A DNA stretch of 64,000 nucleotides from Gammaproteobacteria bacterium (GTDB taxonomy: Bacteria; Pseudomonadota; Gammaproteobacteria; Ga0077536), in contig VGUA01000001.1 of assembly GCA_016874535.1 (NCBI GenBank), positions 41,188 to 105,187 on the forward strand, read 5' to 3'. The translations under genes were made by a program, and so were the position numbers. Of the stretch, positions 27,659 to 38,355 are shown piece after piece. How positions within the stretch are numbered: the first letter of the stretch is position 1; each line of letters opens with the position of its first letter. The notes under the pieces were generated by a model. It was not told the DNA's origin. It saw only the letters and a program-made list of their open reading frames with translations, and did not search any database.

Positions 27659-30600
27659 ATGCGGATTTCCCACTTCTTCATCGAGCGGCCAATCTTTGCG
27701 GCGGTGATCTCCATCGTGATCACCCTGACCGGGGCCATCGCCTATCTCTCGCTGCCGGTCTCGCAATATCCGGAAATCGTGCCACCGACGATCGACGTCA
27801 CCGCCACCTACCCGGGTGCCGGTTCGGAGACGGTTGCAGCCACTGTGGCCACTCCCATCGAGCAGGAGATCAACGGCGTCGATGACATGCTCTTCATGCA
27901 GTCCTCGGCCACCAACGACGGACGGCTGCAGATCCGCGTGACCTTCGAACTGGGTACCAACCTCGATCTCGCCCAGGTGCTGGTGCAGAACCGGGTTGCG
28001 ATCGCCTTGCCGCGTCTGCCCGAGGAAGTCCGGCGACTGGGCGTGAACGTGGCGAAGAATTCGCCGGACATGCTGCTGTCGATGCACATCTACTCACCCG
28101 ACCGCTCGCGGGATGGCGCCTACCTCTCCAATTTCGCCCGCACCCAGGTCGTTGATCGCATCGCGCGCCTGAAAGGCGTGGGCCAGCTCGCGATTTTCGC
28201 CGAGCGCGCCTATTCCATGCGGATCTGGATTGATCCCGAGCGGGCGGCAGCGCGCGATCTCACGGCGACCGAAGTGGTGGATGCCGTGCGCCAGAACAAT
28301 GTGCAGGTGGCCTCTGGCGCCCTGAACCAGCTACCGGTGCCCAACGCGCCTTCCTTCGAAGTGCCAATCGAATCGCAAGGGCGTTTCATCGAGCCGGAGC
28401 AGTTCGGCGATATCGTGGTGAAGCGCGGTGCCGGTGGGCGCGTGACCCGGCTGAAGGATGTGGCGCGCGTGGAACTGGGTGCCCAGGATTACTCGACAGT
28501 GGGCTACCTCGATGGCAAGCCGGCGCTGCCCATCCCCACCTTCCAGCGCCCCGGCTCCAATGCGCTCGAGACACTCGCGGCGATCAAGCGGGAACTCGAA
28601 CTGATCCGGGCCGAGATGCCGCCGGGGGTGGCCGCGGAAATCGCCTTCAATCCCACCCAGTTCATCGCGGAATCCGTGCAGGAAGTGTATTTCACGATCT
28701 TCGAGGCCGTGCTGCTGGTGGTCGTGGTGATCCTGCTGTTCCTGCAGTCCTGGCGCGCAGCCATCATTCCCATCGTGGCCATTCCCATCTCGCTCATCGG
28801 CACCTTTGCGGTGATGCAGGTGTTCGGCTTTTCCATCAACAACCTCACCTTGTTCGGGCTGGTGCTGGCGGTGGGTATCGCGGTGGACGACGCCATCGTG
28901 GTGGTGGAGAACATCGCCCGCTACCTGGGGGCGGGACTCGCGCCGCGCGAAGCCGCCCACAAGACCATGGATGAAGTGGGCGGGGCGCTCATTGCCATTG
29001 CGCTTGTGTTGTGTGCGGTGTTCGTGCCGGCGGCCTTCATCACCGGTATCTCCGGTGCTTTCTACCGCCAGTTCGCGCTGACCGTCGCGAGCGCCACCGT
29101 GATCTCGGCCATCGTGTCCCTCACCCTCTCCCCTGCGTTGGGGGCGTTGCTGCTGCGCCCGCACGGCGAGGCCGTGGCAGCCCATGCCCGCAAGCCGCAC
29201 CCGTTGATGCTGCCATTCGCGATGATCGGGCGAGGCTTCAACCTCGGTTTCACGCGTTTCGCCCATCGCTACTCCTGGCTCACCGCCCGGGTGCTGCGCA
29301 TGGCGAGCTTCATGCTCATCCTCTATGCGGGCCTCGTGCTGCTTACCGGCGTGAGTTTCACGGCCACGCCCACCGGCTTCATCCCGCAGCAGGATCAGGG
29401 CTACATCATCACCACCTACCAGCTGCCGCCGGGCGCTTCCGTCGCGCGCACTGATGCCGTCGTGCGGCATGCGGTGAAGCTCCTCATGGACATGCCGGAA
29501 GTGGAGCACACGGCCGGGTTTGCCGGGTTTGATGGCGCCACTCGCACCAATGCGCCCAACGCCGGGGCCATCTTCACGCCACTCAAGCCTTACGCCGAGA
29601 GGCGCCGGCTGGGTATCACTTTTGAAGAGACGGTAGCGGAGGCACAGAAGCGCCTCGGCACCATCAAGGAAGCCAACGCCTTCGTGGTCCCGCCTCCGCC
29701 TGTGCGCGGCATTGGCACCAGTGGCGGATGGAAGCTCTTCATCCAGAATCGGGTCGGGCACCCCATCGGCGATCTGGAAAAAGTGACCCAGGCGTTCATC
29801 GAGCGTTGCGCCACGGAGCCTGCGATCACGCGGGTCTTCACCTCATTCAATACCAAGACACCCAAGGTGTTTGCAGACATCGATCGCACCCGTGCAGAAA
29901 AGCTCGATGTGCCTGCCGAGCGCGTGCTCGATACCCTCGAGATCTACCTCGGCTCGGCGTATGTGAATGACTTCAATTTCCTTGGCCGAACCTACCGCGT
30001 CACGGCACAAGCCGAAGGTGGCTATCGTGATCAGCGCGAGGATCTGATGAAACTGCGCACGCGATCCGAGCGCGGCGCGATGGTGCCGCTGGGCTCGCTC
30101 ACCACCTTGCGCGACATCACGGGCCCGCATCGCGTCTCCCGCCACAATCTCTACACGGCCGTTGAAGTGCAGGGCGTGGCAGCGCCGGGGTATTCCACCG
30201 GGCAGGCCATTGCCGCGGTTGAACGCATCGCGGCCGAGGTCCTCCCGGAAGGCTACGGTTATGAATGGACCGATCTCGCCTTGCAGGAGAAGATGGCGGG
30301 CAACACCGCCCCCATCGCCTTCGGTCTCGCGGTGGTGTTCGTGTTCCTCGTGCTTGCCGCGCTCTATGAGTCCTGGATGATGCCGCTCGCGGTGGTGCTC
30401 ATCGTACCCATGTGCCTGCTGGCGTCCCTCATCGGTATCAATCTGCGCGGCATGGACAACAACATCCTGGTGCAGGTGGGGCTGGTGGTGCTCATCGGGC
30501 TTGCCGCCAAGAACGCCATTCTGATCGTGGAATTTGCACGTCAGGCCGAGAAGTCGGGGATGGATCGCCGCGCGGCAGCCCAGCGCGCCGCCGAAACACG

Positions 30601-30832
30601 CCTGCGACCCATCGTCATGACTTCCATCGCCTTCATCATGGGCGTGCTGCCCTTGATGACCGCCACGGGCGCGGGTGCCGAGATGCGCCAGTCGCTGGGC
30701 ACGGCCGTCTTCTCGGGCATGCTGGGCGTGACCCTGTTTGGGCTGGTGTTCACGCCCATCTTCTATCTGGTCTGTGGCGCAGCAGGAGAGCACTTCTCAC
30801 GCGGGCGGCGCAAGCGCGGAGAAACGACGTGA
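27659..30832 (+). CDS. RND multidrug/HAE1 efflux permease (AcrB family)
   Basis: 1057 aa with the 12-TM RND architecture and two large periplasmic loops. Conserved AcrB blocks throughout. Confidence 0.9.
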   Translation: MRISHFFIERPIFAAVISIVITLTGAIAYLSLPVSQYPEIVPPTIDVTATYPGAGSETVAATVATPIEQEINGVDDMLFMQSSATNDGRLQIRVTFELGTNLDLAQVLVQNRVAIALPRLPEEVRRLGVNVAKNSPDMLLSMHIYSPDRSRDGAYLSNFARTQVVDRIARLKGVGQLAIFAERAYSMRIWIDPERAAARDLTATEVVDAVRQNNVQVASGALNQLPVPNAPSFEVPIESQGRFIEPEQFGDIVVKRGAGGRVTRLKDVARVELGAQDYSTVGYLDGKPALPIPTFQRPGSNALETLAAIKRELELIRAEMPPGVAAEIAFNPTQFIAESVQEVYFTIFEAVLLVVVVILLFLQSWRAAIIPIVAIPISLIGTFAVMQVFGFSINNLTLFGLVLAVGIAVDDAIVVVENIARYLGAGLAPREAAHKTMDEVGGALIAIALVLCAVFVPAAFITGISGAFYRQFALTVASATVISAIVSLTLSPALGALLLRPHGEAVAAHARKPHPLMLPFAMIGRGFNLGFTRFAHRYSWLTARVLRMASFMLILYAGLVLLTGVSFTATPTGFIPQQDQGYIITTYQLPPGASVARTDAVVRHAVKLLMDMPEVEHTAGFAGFDGATRTNAPNAGAIFTPLKPYAERRRLGITFEETVAEAQKRLGTIKEANAFVVPPPPVRGIGTSGGWKLFIQNRVGHPIGDLEKVTQAFIERCATEPAITRVFTSFNTKTPKVFADIDRTRAEKLDVPAERVLDTLEIYLGSAYVNDFNFLGRTYRVTAQAEGGYRDQREDLMKLRTRSERGAMVPLGSLTTLRDITGPHRVSRHNLYTAVEVQGVAAPGYSTGQAIAAVERIAAEVLPEGYGYEWTDLALQEKMAGNTAPIAFGLAVVFVFLVLAALYESWMMPLAVVLIVPMCLLASLIGINLRGMDNNILVQVGLVVLIGLAAKNAILIVEFARQAEKSGMDRRAAAQRAAETRLRPIVMTSIAFIMGVLPLMTATGAGAEMRQSLGTAVFSGMLGVTLFGLVFTPIFYLVCGAAGEHFSRGRRKRGETT

Positions 30833-32316
30833 GGCATCGCGGTAACGGCCGGTTGCTGAGTTTGATGATCTTCGCCGGACTCGCTGGTTGCCAGGCGGTT
30901 GGACCCGATTACGAAGGCGCACCTGCCGGCACCGCGGCCGGAGTGTCACGCTACCCGTCTGCCGGGACTGCGCCCACCGCGGTTGCACCCACAAGCATTC
31001 GGGCAGACGCGGCTGCCGTCGAGGTGCGCACCGAAGCCCCGGCAGCGAGCTGGTGGCAGGAACTCCACGATCCGGAGCTCGACGCGCTGATCGAGAACGC
31101 CCGCAGCGTGAACTACGACCTGCGCGTGGCGGCGGCCAATGTGGAAGCGGCCCGCGCGACGCTGGCCCAGACACTCACCCGCCGCCTGCCCACGCTGGAT
31201 GCCAACGCCTCGGTGACCGAGCGCCGCAATTCCTCGGCCTTGTTCCCCATTGGGAGCCGGGCCGAAAATCCGCTGCCGACACTGCTCGGCGGCACCTTCG
31301 GCTTCGATCTGACTTGGGAGATAGATCTCTTCGGTCGCGTGCAGCGGAGCATCGAAGCAGCCAGCGCGGATCTCGGCACGGTCGAGGCACTGCGTGAGGA
31401 TGTGATGGTGTCCGTGCTCGCCGGCGTCGCGCGGGCCTACATCGATTTGCGCGGCAGCCAGACGCGCCTCGATGTGGCGGCACGCAATGTCACCGTGCAA
31501 CGCCAGACCCTCGAGCTGGTGGATCTGTTGTATCGCGAGGGCGTGGCCACCGAGCTGGATGTCGCCCGCGCACGCACGCAGCTCCTGGCGAGCGAAGCGA
31601 CTATCCCGCCACTGGAAGCTGCGGTGACCGCGGCGCTGAACCGGCTCACCACGTTCACGGCGCAGGCGCCCGGCGCTTTGGCCTCGCGCCTCGGAACGGC
31701 GAAGCCGCTGCCAGCGATGCCGCCCTTCGTCGCGGTGGGGGAACCTGTCGATCTCCTGCGGCGCAGGCCTGATATCCGTGCCGCTGAACAAGCCTTGGCG
31801 GGCGCCACCGCGCGTGTGGGTGTGGCAACCGCCGATCTCTTTCCCACCGTGCGCTTCGGGGCGCTCGGAGGGGTGGGGGCTGTCAAGCTCTCCAATCTCA
31901 CCTCCCCGGGTGCGCCTTTCCTCACGGTGGGCCCGGCGCTGACGTGGAATCTGTTCGACCGCGGTGCAATCCGTGCCCGCATCCGCGCCGCGGATGCCTC
32001 TACCGAGGCCGCCCTCGCGAGCTACGAGGCAACCGTCACGCGTGCCCTGGAAGAAGTCGACAGCGCACTCAGTGCCTACCGCAACGAACAGCAGCGCGCC
32101 ACCCGGCTGGAAGCGGCACTGGGCGCCAGTCGGGAGGCCTCGGCCCTCGCCAATCTGCGCTATCGCGAAGGCGTGGAGGATTTCCTGACGGTGCTGGATG
32201 CCGAACGCAGCCTGCTCGATGTGGAAGATCAGCTGGCCCAGTCACGGGTGGCGGTCGCGCAGTTCCTCATCGACATCCATCTCGCACTCGGGGGTGGTTG
32301 GCAGGCCGAGCCCTGA
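30829..32316 (+). CDS. RND efflux outer-membrane factor lipoprotein (NodT/OprM family)
   Basis: GTG at 30829 (overlapping the RND stop as GTGA) is preceded by GGAGAAA and gives MRHRGNGRLLSLMIFAGLAGC, a lipoprotein signal. The TolC-like repeats follow. Confidence 0.8.
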   Translation: MRHRGNGRLLSLMIFAGLAGCQAVGPDYEGAPAGTAAGVSRYPSAGTAPTAVAPTSIRADAAAVEVRTEAPAASWWQELHDPELDALIENARSVNYDLRVAAANVEAARATLAQTLTRRLPTLDANASVTERRNSSALFPIGSRAENPLPTLLGGTFGFDLTWEIDLFGRVQRSIEAASADLGTVEALREDVMVSVLAGVARAYIDLRGSQTRLDVAARNVTVQRQTLELVDLLYREGVATELDVARARTQLLASEATIPPLEAAVTAALNRLTTFTAQAPGALASRLGTAKPLPAMPPFVAVGEPVDLLRRRPDIRAAEQALAGATARVGVATADLFPTVRFGALGGVGAVKLSNLTSPGAPFLTVGPALTWNLFDRGAIRARIRAADASTEAALASYEATVTRALEEVDSALSAYRNEQQRATRLEAALGASREASALANLRYREGVEDFLTVLDAERSLLDVEDQLAQSRVAVAQFLIDIHLALGGGWQAEP

Positions 32317-32406
32317 TCTGCACCCGGGGTGCGTGAGCCTGCTAAGCTCCGGGAACCCGGGGGCGGTGCAATTCGTCCCCTCCACCCCGACGCGTGAGGA
32401 AACCCG

Positions 32407-32847
32407 ATGAACGAACAACAGCTGCAGGACCTCGAGGACATTCGCCAACTGAAGTCGCGCTACTTCCGACTCATGGATACCCAGCAGTGGGAGCCTTGGA
32501 AGGAATGTTTCACCGAGGACATCTCCGCCCGCTACGAAGGAGCGCCACGGGCCCGGCCGGACATGAGCACGGACATCGGCTGCGAAGGCCGCGCGGCGCT
32601 GTACGACGGCGTGAAAGGCCTGCTCACTGGCGCTGTGTCCATGCATCAGGGCTTCATGCCCGAGATCACGCTCACCAGTGCCACCACCGCACGCGCCATC
32701 TGGGCGATGTTCGACTACGTGCGCCTGCCCACCTGTCACTTCAAGGGCTGGGGCCATTACCACGAGGAATACGTGAAAGAGGCGAGCGGCTGGAAAATCC
32801 GCCGCATCCATCTCACCCGCCTGCACACCGAGGAAATCTGGGTCTGA
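32407..32847 (+). CDS. SnoaL/NTF2-like (BaiE-like) family protein
   Basis: 146 aa with the NTF2-like alpha+beta cone fold pattern. The motif LEDIRQLKSRYFRLMDTQQWEPW is typical of the family. Confidence 0.6.
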   Translation: MNEQQLQDLEDIRQLKSRYFRLMDTQQWEPWKECFTEDISARYEGAPRARPDMSTDIGCEGRAALYDGVKGLLTGAVSMHQGFMPEITLTSATTARAIWAMFDYVRLPTCHFKGWGHYHEEYVKEASGWKIRRIHLTRLHTEEIWV

Positions 32848-32861
32848 GCACCAGCCCTCAG

Positions 32862-33737
32862 GTGCCGTGGCAGGGCATCGTCAAAGCCGCTCTCATCGGC
32901 ATCGCCTTCGCCGCCAATTCCACGCTTGCTGCTGCCGCCTGCGCAGGCGGCAGCAATCCCTTCACGGTACTGGTGCTGCGTGCGGGTGTGGCGTTTCTCA
33001 CGCTTTACCTCCTGCTGGCCCGACGCGGTATTCCGCGCCACCTGCCGGTGCCCCAGCGTTGGCAGGCCATCGGGCTCGGGGTCTTGTTCGGCTCCTACTC
33101 CTGGGCCGTGTTGCAGGCCTTTGCCTACATGCCGGTCGCTCTCGTCGTGGTGACCTTCTACACCTATCCGCTGATGGTGGCGGGTTATGCGTGGTGGCGG
33201 GGCTGGGAGCGGTTTTCCCTGGCAACCGGATTAGCCTTCATGACGGCCTTCGCCGGCATCATGCTGGCGCTGGATGTTTTCGGCGCACATCCGGATCCGC
33301 GCGGGGTGATCATGGTGCTGGTTTCCGCAGTGGTGGTGACCATCGTGCTGACCCTGAGCCCGCGCGTGCGCGGCCAAGGGGACTCCCGTCCGGTCACGCT
33401 GCACATGCTGGGCACCGCCTGCGGTCTCTTCATGCTGGGACTCATCACCAGCAGCGAATTTTCACTGCCGGTGACGACGCTCGGCTGGTTCGGATTGATC
33501 GGTGCGCCGGTCTTCTACACCTGGGCCGTGATCGCGCTGTTCGAGGTTCTGGCGGTGATCGGTCCGTTCAGGATGTCACTGGTGATGAACGTCGAGCCCG
33601 TTGCCTCGGTGCTGTTGAGCTTTCTGCTCCTCGGCGAGCAGCTGCGCCAGTTGCAGTTGGTGGGCGTGGCACTGGTGGTGGCTGCGGTGGTCCTGCTCGA
33701 AGGCTCGCGTTTGCGCCGCGCCCGCGCGGAGGCTTGA
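32862..33737 (+). CDS. EamA/DMT-family transporter
   Basis: 10-TM protein with duplicated EamA domains. GTG start at 32862 within the longer track ORF. Confidence 0.7.
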   Translation: MPWQGIVKAALIGIAFAANSTLAAAACAGGSNPFTVLVLRAGVAFLTLYLLLARRGIPRHLPVPQRWQAIGLGVLFGSYSWAVLQAFAYMPVALVVVTFYTYPLMVAGYAWWRGWERFSLATGLAFMTAFAGIMLALDVFGAHPDPRGVIMVLVSAVVVTIVLTLSPRVRGQGDSRPVTLHMLGTACGLFMLGLITSSEFSLPVTTLGWFGLIGAPVFYTWAVIALFEVLAVIGPFRMSLVMNVEPVASVLLSFLLLGEQLRQLQLVGVALVVAAVVLLEGSRLRRARAEA

Positions 33738-33769
33738 ACCCGGGATCCCGGCCTTTGCCAGGCAGTGGT

Positions 33770-34531
33770 TCAATGTGCCAGTAACACATTGCAGTCCTCC
33801 CGGTTGATGAAACGACGCGTGAAGCCGCCGAAGAAGATCTCCTGCAAGCGAGGCATGGAGTACGCGCCCATCACCAGCAGATCCGCGCCGGTCTCACGAT
33901 AAAACCCTTGCAGCTGGTCTGCCGGACTGTCGGCGGCTCGCAGACCCACCGCTTCCACGCGCACGTTGTGGGCCTCCATCAGGTGCTCTGCCATCTCCTG
34001 CGCCGTGGGAAGGTTCTTTTCTCCGTGCTCCTCGATGGCCACAAGGTAGACCTGGCGTGCCCGACTGAGCATGTCGAGCCCGCGGTCGAGCGCACGTCTC
34101 GCAGCCGGCGAGGGTTTCCACGCGACCACCAAGGTGCTGTCTTCCAGTCGCGCCCGTGCGGGCGCGGTCGCGATGAGCGCCACCGGCGTACCGGTGCCCA
34201 TGAGCACGCATTTTTGCACCAGCTCGCGCACGCCGCGATTCAAGGCAAAGCCGGCCATGAGCAGGTCCCGGCGGTAGGCGAGCGAATCGAGTACTTCTGC
34301 GGCATTGCAGCCGAGATCCAGTGGCTTGCCCCAAGCGAGATGACGACTGGCCGGGGAGCCACGGAAGTCTTGCGCGGCTTGCCCGGCATCTTCCGCGAGT
34401 TCCTTGCGAAAGGTTTCCGCCAGATATCGGTGAGCATGGTCCCAGCCACCGAGTTCCAGCAGATTGCGGTATTGCGCCCGCTGCTCCTCATCCAGCACGC
34501 CGAGCGGATCGCGGGCATAGCGCACCTCCAC
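33770..34531 (-). CDS. universal stress protein family (C-terminal UspA domain; N-terminal half degenerate)
   Basis: The C-terminal ~130 aa shows the Usp fold motif (QVYLVAIEE...ADLLVMGAYSMPRLQEIFFGGFTRRFINREDCNVLLAH). GTG start. Confidence 0.6.
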   Translation of the reverse strand: MEVRYARDPLGVLDEEQRAQYRNLLELGGWDHAHRYLAETFRKELAEDAGQAAQDFRGSPASRHLAWGKPLDLGCNAAEVLDSLAYRRDLLMAGFALNRGVRELVQKCVLMGTGTPVALIATAPARARLEDSTLVVAWKPSPAARRALDRGLDMLSRARQVYLVAIEEHGEKNLPTAQEMAEHLMEAHNVRVEAVGLRAADSPADQLQGFYRETGADLLVMGAYSMPRLQEIFFGGFTRRFINREDCNVLLAH

Positions 34532-34777
34532 ACGCGCCTCCAGACTGGCCCCGAGCCAAGCCGCGTAATCAAGCGCAGCTTGCTCGGCCGATGTTCCGCC
34601 CTAGAGCAGTGAGATATTTGCCGGCACGACACTTCCCCCTTGGACTGTGCACATCTGGCCCCATCCTACCCCGCCCGGGCTTGACCAGCTTGATCGAGAA
34701 CAAGGCACGAGCCGGCGCGTGTCCGGTCGGTGCTGGGTGATTTATGCTCCCACGGTTTCCGCCCCAAGCATCCGCTC

Positions 34778-36223
34778 ATGCAAAAGCCTGCCAGATTCGG
34801 CCATACCAAGATTCTCTGCACCCTCGGGCCCGCCAGTGCGGGTGTGGCCCGCATCCGTCAGCTGATCGACGCCGGCATGGACGTCGCCCGCCTCAATTTT
34901 TCGCACGGCAGTCATGAGGCGCATCGCGACACGCTGACGAATCTGCGGACTGCGGCCGCCGCCAGCGGGGAGGCAATCGCCGTGCTTCAGGATTTGAGCG
35001 GTCCGAAGATCCGTATCGGTGAGGTTCAGGGCGGATCCGTCGAACTCGAAGAAGGGCAGAAGCTCGTCATCACCACCGCGGAGGTGATGGGCACCCGGCA
35101 TCGGGTCTCGACGGTCTACACCGCGCTTCCCTCGGATGTGGTCGCAGGCGACACCATCCTTCTCGATGACGGCAAGATTCGTCTGAGGGTGGAGGGCATC
35201 GAGAACGACGAAGTCATCACCACCGTCATGAACGGCGGGCCGCTGTCTTCGCACAAGGGCATGAATCTCCCCGGTGTGAAAATCAGCGCCCCCGCGCTGA
35301 CTGACAAGGACGTCGAAGATCTGCGCTTCGGCCTCGCCAACGGTGTGGACTATGTCGCGCTGTCCTTCGTGCGGGCGGCGGAGGACGTGCGTCACCTGCG
35401 CGCGGTGATTGCGCGGGAGAGCCCTGATGGGCGACGCGTCCCGATCGTCGCCAAGATCGAGAAAGGCGAAGCGCTCGAGGATATCGACAGCATCATCGAG
35501 GCCGCGGACGCCATCATGGTGGCGCGCGGTGATCTCGGCGTGGAAATGCCGCCGGAGGATGTGCCTCTGCTGCAGAAGATGATCGTGCGCAAGTGCAATG
35601 ACGCCGGCAAGCCCGTGATCATCGCGACCCAGATGCTGGAATCCATGATCCTGAATCCAAGACCGACGCGGGCTGAGGCCAGCGACGTGGCCAACGCCGT
35701 GCTCGATGGCGCCGATGCCGTGATGTTGAGCGCCGAGACTTCGGTCGGTGCGTGGCCGGTGGAAGCGGTACAGACCATGGACAACATCATCTGTCGCGCG
35801 GAGCAGAACAGGGTTGATCGCCTGGGGACCGCGCCTCAAGCCGCGGATGCCGCGCCCGATCTGTCCGATGCGGTGGCGCGGGCAGCCTGCATCCTCGCGC
35901 GCCAGCTGCGGCCCGCCGCCATCGTCACCATCACTCACTCGGGGGTCACCGCCCAGCAGCTCGCACGCTATCGGCCGCTGTGTCGAATCATCGGTGTGAC
36001 ACGGCATGCAGACACCTTGCGCCGGTTGAACCTGGTGTGGGGTGTACGCGGATTGTTGGTACCGGATCTGTCAGATGAGATCGATCACGCTTACCAACAG
36101 GTGCAGGATGCCATGGTCGCGCAAGGCCTGGTCGGTGCGGGAGATCAAGTGGTCTATACCGCCGGCTTGCCGCTCAGCGGCAAAGGTGTCACCAACTCGC
36201 TGAAGATCGCCCATATCGACTGA
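34778..36223 (+). CDS. pyk: pyruvate kinase
   Basis: 481 aa with TKILCTLGPAS, the NFSHGSHEAH active-site region, MVARGDLGVE and a C-terminal allosteric domain. Confidence 0.9.
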   Translation: MQKPARFGHTKILCTLGPASAGVARIRQLIDAGMDVARLNFSHGSHEAHRDTLTNLRTAAAASGEAIAVLQDLSGPKIRIGEVQGGSVELEEGQKLVITTAEVMGTRHRVSTVYTALPSDVVAGDTILLDDGKIRLRVEGIENDEVITTVMNGGPLSSHKGMNLPGVKISAPALTDKDVEDLRFGLANGVDYVALSFVRAAEDVRHLRAVIARESPDGRRVPIVAKIEKGEALEDIDSIIEAADAIMVARGDLGVEMPPEDVPLLQKMIVRKCNDAGKPVIIATQMLESMILNPRPTRAEASDVANAVLDGADAVMLSAETSVGAWPVEAVQTMDNIICRAEQNRVDRLGTAPQAADAAPDLSDAVARAACILARQLRPAAIVTITHSGVTAQQLARYRPLCRIIGVTRHADTLRRLNLVWGVRGLLVPDLSDEIDHAYQQVQDAMVAQGLVGAGDQVVYTAGLPLSGKGVTNSLKIAHID

Positions 36224-36224
36224 G

Positions 36225-37850
36225 TCAGTGCGGCGGGGGAGAGGCTTCAGTCTGGTGCGTGGCGATGGCCCAGCGACCGGTCAGCCACAGGAATACCGCG
36301 CACAGCAGATAGGCTAGAGCCCAGGACCAACCCGCGCCGGGCGCGATGACGTAAGTGGCACCTGCTGCGCCGAGTGTGCCGGCGTGCATGAAGCCGAAGA
36401 ATGAAAGCGCCGCACCCACCAGCATGAAGCCCGCGGCTGCGTTGAAGCGCCGATCGATGAGCAGCGCGCTGCTGGCGGCCCATACTAGGCACGTCAGCAT
36501 GAAACCTTGCGACAGCGCGACGAGCCCATCCAGATGGGCGCCGGTGGCAAGGAATGCTGCAGGATTGGCGAGGGTGCGGTCTGCGAGTGAGGCATCTCCG
36601 GCCACGATGCCCGCCGCATTGAGCGCCTGGGTCAGGACCAGCGTGCCCCAGGCGGCGATGGCTGGAAAAAGTCCCAAGGCCACGGCCGGCGCGTGACGGG
36701 CAGGTGTTGCGACGAAAGCCTGGGCCGTGATGACGATGCCAATCCACAGGATGATCGCCATCCCCGCCTCAACCGGAATCAGCGCGCTCACCGCAGAAGA
36801 CAGTCCGAAGAAGGCAATCACGGCGAAGAACACGCCGGTGAAGCTGGAGTAGGCGGCGCGCGCGCCCAAGGCCTTCCAGCCCGGATGGCCGATGTAGATG
36901 GTGGTGGGGAAGCAGGAGCCGAATCCCGCGGCTGCGAGTGAGCCGAGGCCATTCACCAGCATGCAGGGCGTGGAGGGATAGCGGTCGCCGGCAGCTTCTG
37001 CGGATTCCAGATTCTGCAGCGAACCCAGTACGTTGAAGAGCCCCATCGGGAGGATTACGGGAATGAGGAAATCCCGGGTCATGGGGTGCATGAGTCCGGC
37101 CCACAGATCTCCCAGCACCGGCACCGGCGGGCAAAAACCCACCTGCGCAAAAGCGCCCGGCACCGCGGACGCCGCGACCGGTGTGCCGGACTCCGGCCAG
37201 AGTGTCATCACCCAAGCAGCCAATGTGCCGAGCAGGAGTGCCCAGGCGCCGCCCGGGATCCGCCAAGGCAATCGCACCCCTGAGAAGTAGGTCACCAGCA
37301 GCACCGCAAGCGGCAGCATCGCGATCAAGGGCCGCTCGAAGGTGCGCACCGCGAAGTCAATCGCGATGAAGCTGATGGCGATACCGCTGAGCGTTGCTAG
37401 CAGCGCAGCGCGTGGCGTGTGCCGACGAATCCAGTCCGCGCAGGGAGCGCCGAGAATTTCGATCACCGCGGAGCAGAAGCAGGCAGCGAGGCCCACCTGC
37501 CAGGCAAGCCGGGCGGCCTCCTCGGCACTCGCACCACCGGCTTCCGCCGTGAGCTTGGCGGGCAACATGACGAGGAAGATGAAGGCGAACAGGGAAACGG
37601 TATTGATGCCGTAGGGCAGGGCGGTGACATCCTCGCGCCCGGAACGCTCGGCCAGCTGCCGCGCGAGTCGCGCGTAGTAGAGGTTGCCCACCAGAATCGA
37701 CAGTGCGGCGGCGGGCAGCACCTGCCCTAGCAGCAGGCTGGTGGGAAAACCCAGCACTCCGCCGCACAGGCCGAGAATCAGCAGAAACTGGATGAGATTG
37801 TCGACCGCGAGGCCGAAGAAACCGTCGATGTCTCCCGCATGTACCTTCAT
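36225..37850 (-). CDS. polytopic permease (NCS2/AzgA-like nucleobase transporter family, tentative)
   Basis: About 540 aa with 12 or more TM segments. The start MKVHAGDIDGFFGLAVDNLIQ and overall topology resemble AGZA-type purine permeases. Family assignment is weak. Confidence 0.5.
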   Translation of the reverse strand: MKVHAGDIDGFFGLAVDNLIQFLLILGLCGGVLGFPTSLLLGQVLPAAALSILVGNLYYARLARQLAERSGREDVTALPYGINTVSLFAFIFLVMLPAKLTAEAGGASAEEAARLAWQVGLAACFCSAVIEILGAPCADWIRRHTPRAALLATLSGIAISFIAIDFAVRTFERPLIAMLPLAVLLVTYFSGVRLPWRIPGGAWALLLGTLAAWVMTLWPESGTPVAASAVPGAFAQVGFCPPVPVLGDLWAGLMHPMTRDFLIPVILPMGLFNVLGSLQNLESAEAAGDRYPSTPCMLVNGLGSLAAAGFGSCFPTTIYIGHPGWKALGARAAYSSFTGVFFAVIAFFGLSSAVSALIPVEAGMAIILWIGIVITAQAFVATPARHAPAVALGLFPAIAAWGTLVLTQALNAAGIVAGDASLADRTLANPAAFLATGAHLDGLVALSQGFMLTCLVWAASSALLIDRRFNAAAGFMLVGAALSFFGFMHAGTLGAAGATYVIAPGAGWSWALAYLLCAVFLWLTGRWAIATHQTEASPPPH

Positions 37851-37911
37851 CAACCCTCTCCCCCGGGGCCCGGCAAGCCCCCGGCTGCCCGGCCCCATTA
37901 ACTTAAAGGCC

Positions 37912-37944
37912 TTGATAACCTAAACGAGAATTCTTATCATTCAC
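37912..37944. promoter_or_regulatory. Putative Fur box upstream of bfd-bfr
   Basis: TTGATAACC...GAGAATTCTTATCATTCAC matches the GATAATGATAATCATTATC consensus at 13/19 positions. It lies ~25 nt upstream of bfd. Confidence 0.35.
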
Positions 37945-37965
37945 CCAGACTTGGAGGTCTGGACC

Positions 37966-38232
37966 ATGATCGTCTGCGTTTGCCATCGCGTCAGTCATAA
38001 AACCATCGAGCAATGCGCTCGGGCCGGCGCCCACTTCGATGACATCCGCGCCGAGCACAAGCTTGGCTCCCAGTGTGGTCAGTGCGAGCATACCGCGCGA
38101 CGCATCTGGGACTCTGCCTACGGCTGCACGGAGGCGAAATCTGAGGCGGTGAGAACAAACCAGCCCACCCGAGCACTGATCCGGACCACGACTTGCGGAG
38201 CCCAGTCTCCCGCATCCGCCTTGCATCCCTGA
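37966..38232 (+). CDS. bfd: bacterioferritin-associated ferredoxin (Bfd, [2Fe-2S])
   Basis: MIVCVCHRVSHKTIEQCARAGAHFDDIRAEHKLGSQCGQCEH carries the Bfd C-x-C...C-x2-C signature. Located directly upstream of bfr. Confidence 0.75.
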   Translation: MIVCVCHRVSHKTIEQCARAGAHFDDIRAEHKLGSQCGQCEHTARRIWDSAYGCTEAKSEAVRTNQPTRALIRTTTCGAQSPASALHP

Positions 38233-38355
38233 CGACCTCGGCCACGTCGAGGTTTACAACCAGCGCCTGATCCCTGATCGTTCGCCCCATTGCGCAGGGT
38301 GGCGCTTGCCGTCACGCGCGCTCCCGAATTTTGGCTAACGTCAGGAAGGTATCCC

